Assembly (NCBI GenBank): GCA_018985225.1 | Contig: JADGIF010000083.1 | Location: forward strand, 1 to 22,318 | Reading direction: 5' to 3' | DNA: 22,318 bases | DNA from: Amoeboradix gromovi X-113 | Lineage: Eukaryota; Fungi; Sanchytriomycota | Part shown: in pieces, positions 19,641 to 22,318 of the stretch | How positions within the stretch are numbered: the first letter of the stretch is position 1 | Layout: the number at the start of each line of letters is the position of its first letter | Program-made: the position numbers and the translations under genes | Notes under the pieces: generated by a model | Databases searched by the model: none | What the model saw: only the letters and a program-made list of their open reading frames with translations | What the model was told of the DNA's origin: nothing

Positions 19641-20439
19641 ATGTCCAATTTGGTTACCCGTATCTTTAAAAGAACATTTGCAAGCCTAGAACTCAAACCC
19701 GTATCTCAGTCAGTATATACTTTCAATTTTAAGAACTTAAATCAAACATTTCAATACCCATTGAAGAAAACATATCCTATGCAAACTATATTTGATAAAT
19801 TAAAAATTGACGGAATAGTAGACGGAAAATTACAGATATACCTGGCTGATTCCAAGACGATATTATCCTCCTTAACTTCTTTAGAATTCGTTTTGCAAGA
19901 GTGTATCAAAGAAGGTGGTTTCTACATTGGCAAAGATGCCACTAGTTCCGACACGGCCGTTGGCACTTCTATGATATTCTGCTCATTGCCTAGTGTAGAT
20001 GATCTGCAATTGCCTATTGTTAATGAAATAGCAGTTATTGATAAGGAACTGCTTCCAATGGAACAAATTTATAATCAAATACAAGAAGACGCTAGGAATT
20101 CAGCTAATCGGTACATATGGGCTGGGTTTGTAGGATTAACTGCTCAATTTGTTATCATGGCTAGATTGACGTTTTGGGTACTTTGATTTAATTTAGGACT
20201 TGAGCTGGGATGTTATGGAGCCGATTGCTTATTTCTTAGGATTTGGATCAGCAATATTCGGGTATTTGTTTTTTGCCCTGTATAGAAGAGAGTTTTCGTA
20301 TGATCAGCTCTCAAATGTTACTGTAAATAGACGGCAAACAAAATTAATGAAATTGAAGGGACTGGATATTCAAATATTAAACGATCTGCGCCAAAAAAAG
20401 GCGGAATTACAACAAGAACTAAAGAATATACTGCAATAA
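19641..20439 (+). CDS. MCU: Mitochondrial calcium uniporter pore subunit; join(19641..20177,20197..20439), 259 aa
   Basis: After splicing reads [24 protein letters not shown], the WDxxEP selectivity filter between two TMs, with flanking coiled coils and a presequence-like N-terminus (MSNLVTRIFKRTFAS). Confidence 0.95.
20178..20196 (+). other. 19-nt spliceosomal intron in MCU
   Basis: GTACTTTGATTTAATTTAG; excision restores [14 protein letters not shown]. Confidence 0.95.
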
Positions 20440-20450
20440 ATGTGCATTTA

Positions 20451-21344
20451 TTATTCATCATTCTTTATTTTATTATTGTTATAAACAACTCTCTTGTACG
20501 TTCTAATCTTTTGTTGTGTTTTATACAAAATATTGAAAGTAGGATCTTGCGCCAATCTAGCCAAGTCATTTTTAACTTCTTGGTGGGATTTTATTCCCAA
20601 AATGAACTCATTCTTAAGCAGCTTCACGTATTCATTCTTGTACGACTGAATCAGATTCTGAATGTATTCCACAGTCAATTTTAGCATGGTAGCTTCTGAC
20701 CTACTTTTCACCTGCTGGTTAGCTGTGAATTGTATTCCAGGTTGTTTCTCAAATAAAAAGTACTCTAATTTACCAAAGCCTTGTCTAATAATCTGCCTTC
20801 TTTTCTTTTCAGATTTAATATGATTAATCTTCTTTTGATCCTCACTCAACTCTTGGTTTGTAGCAGCGCAGAAGTTTGCTGATATATAAGAAGATGGGGA
20901 CTTGGAATCCACTGGTGAATCCAATGGTCTTGGAGGCGCCAGCATGGGTTGATATGCGGGCTTAGATGATTTTATATGTTGATGTGGCGGTGGTATTTTG
21001 GGTGACTCAAATAATTGGTTGGTAAAAAGCGGATTGGATTGAATCAATGGACCAGCAGGAACAGGGGGATGCATTTGATTATGACTTACATTTATCAGAT
21101 ACGGAGTAGGTGGATTCATTCTAGGGTAACTGTGTATTGGATAGTTGGGATATGAAGGATAAGGCTGAGGTGCTTGACAAAAGTCTTCCGTAACTAGTTG
21201 ATTCAAGAATTGATCAATGTCTTGCTGTTCTTCATAGCTCAAAATTGGCTGAAAATCCAAGTCCTGAAATTGGTAGTGGCTTTCGTTCTGCTGCGAGGTG
21301 TAGCCTTTATTGCTCTGTACGTTTTGCTTACCGTTTGAATTCAT
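20451..21344 (-). CDS. bHLH transcription factor (Ino4/Mlx-like)
   Basis: LSEDQKKINHIKSEKKRRQIIRQGFGKL...SRSEATMLKLTVEYIQNL, with a P/Q-rich N-terminal region. Confidence 0.8.
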   Translation of the reverse strand: MNSNGKQNVQSNKGYTSQQNESHYQFQDLDFQPILSYEEQQDIDQFLNQLVTEDFCQAPQPYPSYPNYPIHSYPRMNPPTPYLINVSHNQMHPPVPAGPLIQSNPLFTNQLFESPKIPPPHQHIKSSKPAYQPMLAPPRPLDSPVDSKSPSSYISANFCAATNQELSEDQKKINHIKSEKKRRQIIRQGFGKLEYFLFEKQPGIQFTANQQVKSRSEATMLKLTVEYIQNLIQSYKNEYVKLLKNEFILGIKSHQEVKNDLARLAQDPTFNILYKTQQKIRTYKRVVYNNNKIKNDE

Positions 21345-21661
21345 GGCGGTATGAAAAAAGTATGAAATTATTTCAGGAGACTTCTCCTTGCAATTTTCAC
21401 GAATGACAAACTACCAATCAACTTATCAAGTATTGATCACATAGTGACCTCGCTTGAAAATCTTATCTCATTAGTTAGGAAATGCAAAAATTAAATTTAC
21501 AAAGTATAAAATTGAACGGCTGAAAATTGTAGATACACTGTGACTAGAAACTTGAAAAATTGTAATTTCAAATATTAATTAAGAAAATTGTCTCAGAGAT
21601 AACGGCGAATCACTGAATGCGCAAACGGTTGTTTATGTTTACAGGTTCATTCGAAATAAAT

Positions 21662-22129
21662 ATGCAGTTACTTCTTGTTTTGATTGTTGCGTTAACATCA
21701 GGATCTGAATCTGAAAATACATCTTTGTTGAACAGAGATGATTTACTTGCTTTGTCTACAAATCCTTCTTTGACTTCCAGATACCAGTCAGATATGGCTA
21801 CTAATGGCACATTGTCAGACGCAACAATCTCTAGTATTAAAGCAGAAACTACTAAGAACAATATTCATCTTGTAAGATCATCACAACAGAGGACACCAGA
21901 TCCTAGGATGCAGTTGCTAACTGCAGAAGATTTTGCAAACATCGTGGCAGATCCTGTGTTGCACACCAGGTATATCGTAGATATCTCAAACTATGGAACG
22001 CTATTTGACGACACATTTAGCAACATATTTTCAAAACGCGAGCAAGCATCCAACACAACGGATTCCACAGCAGCCTTGACGGCTTTATCATTCTATTTAG
22101 CTGCGGTAACAGCTTTGACTTTTCAGTAA
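21662..22129 (+). CDS. Secreted, probably GPI-anchored surface protein (paralog B of 715-1353), 155 aa
   Basis: ATG 21662 aligns with the paralog start (MQLLLVLIVALTSGS). Same duplicated domain, much shorter linker, hydrophobic C-terminus (ALSFYLAAVTALTFQ). Confidence 0.8.
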   Translation: MQLLLVLIVALTSGSESENTSLLNRDDLLALSTNPSLTSRYQSDMATNGTLSDATISSIKAETTKNNIHLVRSSQQRTPDPRMQLLTAEDFANIVADPVLHTRYIVDISNYGTLFDDTFSNIFSKREQASNTTDSTAALTALSFYLAAVTALTFQ

Positions 22130-22150
22130 ATCTTTTAAGTATTACGTTTA

Positions 22151-22318
22151 GGACACCAAATATAAAAACTAGACTACTCGTTTTTAAAGGTACACCATAC
22201 GGAGGAAATGCTATCATTAACAAAAGATCTTCTATTATACCAATTTTCTTTCATTGCCTGTATTCCTCTTTTTAAAATAAAACTAGAAGACCCTGCATCT
22301 CGTTCAAATAGAGGTCTT
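22151..22318. mobile_element. Second, inverted copy of the MITE-like element (cut by the window edge)
   Basis: Its reverse complement aligns with 6563-6739 with scattered substitutions and indels. Similarity starts exactly at the TIR GGACACCAAATATAAAAACTAGACT. Confidence 0.85.

Noticed and set aside
9152-20439. Stop-codon reassignment or pseudogenisation as the cause of the split ORFs
   Set aside because: Each break changes frame and is repaired exactly by a GT-AG intron; TAA, TAG and TGA all end genes normally.
1795-21344. A lipid-metabolism gene cluster (MBOAT, START, ABCA, Ino4-like, BTN1)
   Set aside because: The genes are interspersed with unrelated housekeeping genes and share no visible motif; the theme is too broad to be evidence.
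959-22223. Short antisense or overlapping ORFs in the track (e.g. 1047-1319, 9582-9794, 14170-14433, 20442-20684)
   Set aside because: They are shadows of well-supported genes, with no independent coding signal.
1-22318. An EMRE gene completing the uniporter set
   Set aside because: No small single-TM ORF with a poly-acidic C-terminus was seen in the window.

Overview
Gene-dense, AT-rich eukaryotic nuclear DNA in the standard genetic code. The gene set (RPL11, RRP5, TAN1-like, BTN1/CLN3, Ino4-like bHLH, half-size ABCA, MCU, MICU) suggests a compact genome of an early-diverging fungus or relative; this is inference. Four genes that the ORF track shows as broken are repaired by 19-20 nt GT-AG introns sharing a fixed 3' motif. 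Both subunits of an animal/plant-type mitochondrial calcium uniporter (MICU and MCU) lie 6.2 kb apart. A ~340-nt GC-enriched, extensively base-paired segment between RPL11 and ABCA is a candidate unannotated ncRNA. A 451-bp MITE-like element (29-bp TIRs, 6-bp flanking duplication) has a second, inverted copy at the window end. Two paralogous predicted GPI-anchored proteins with an unrecognised twice-repeated domain bracket the window. All calls were made by eye; no searches or folding programs were run.
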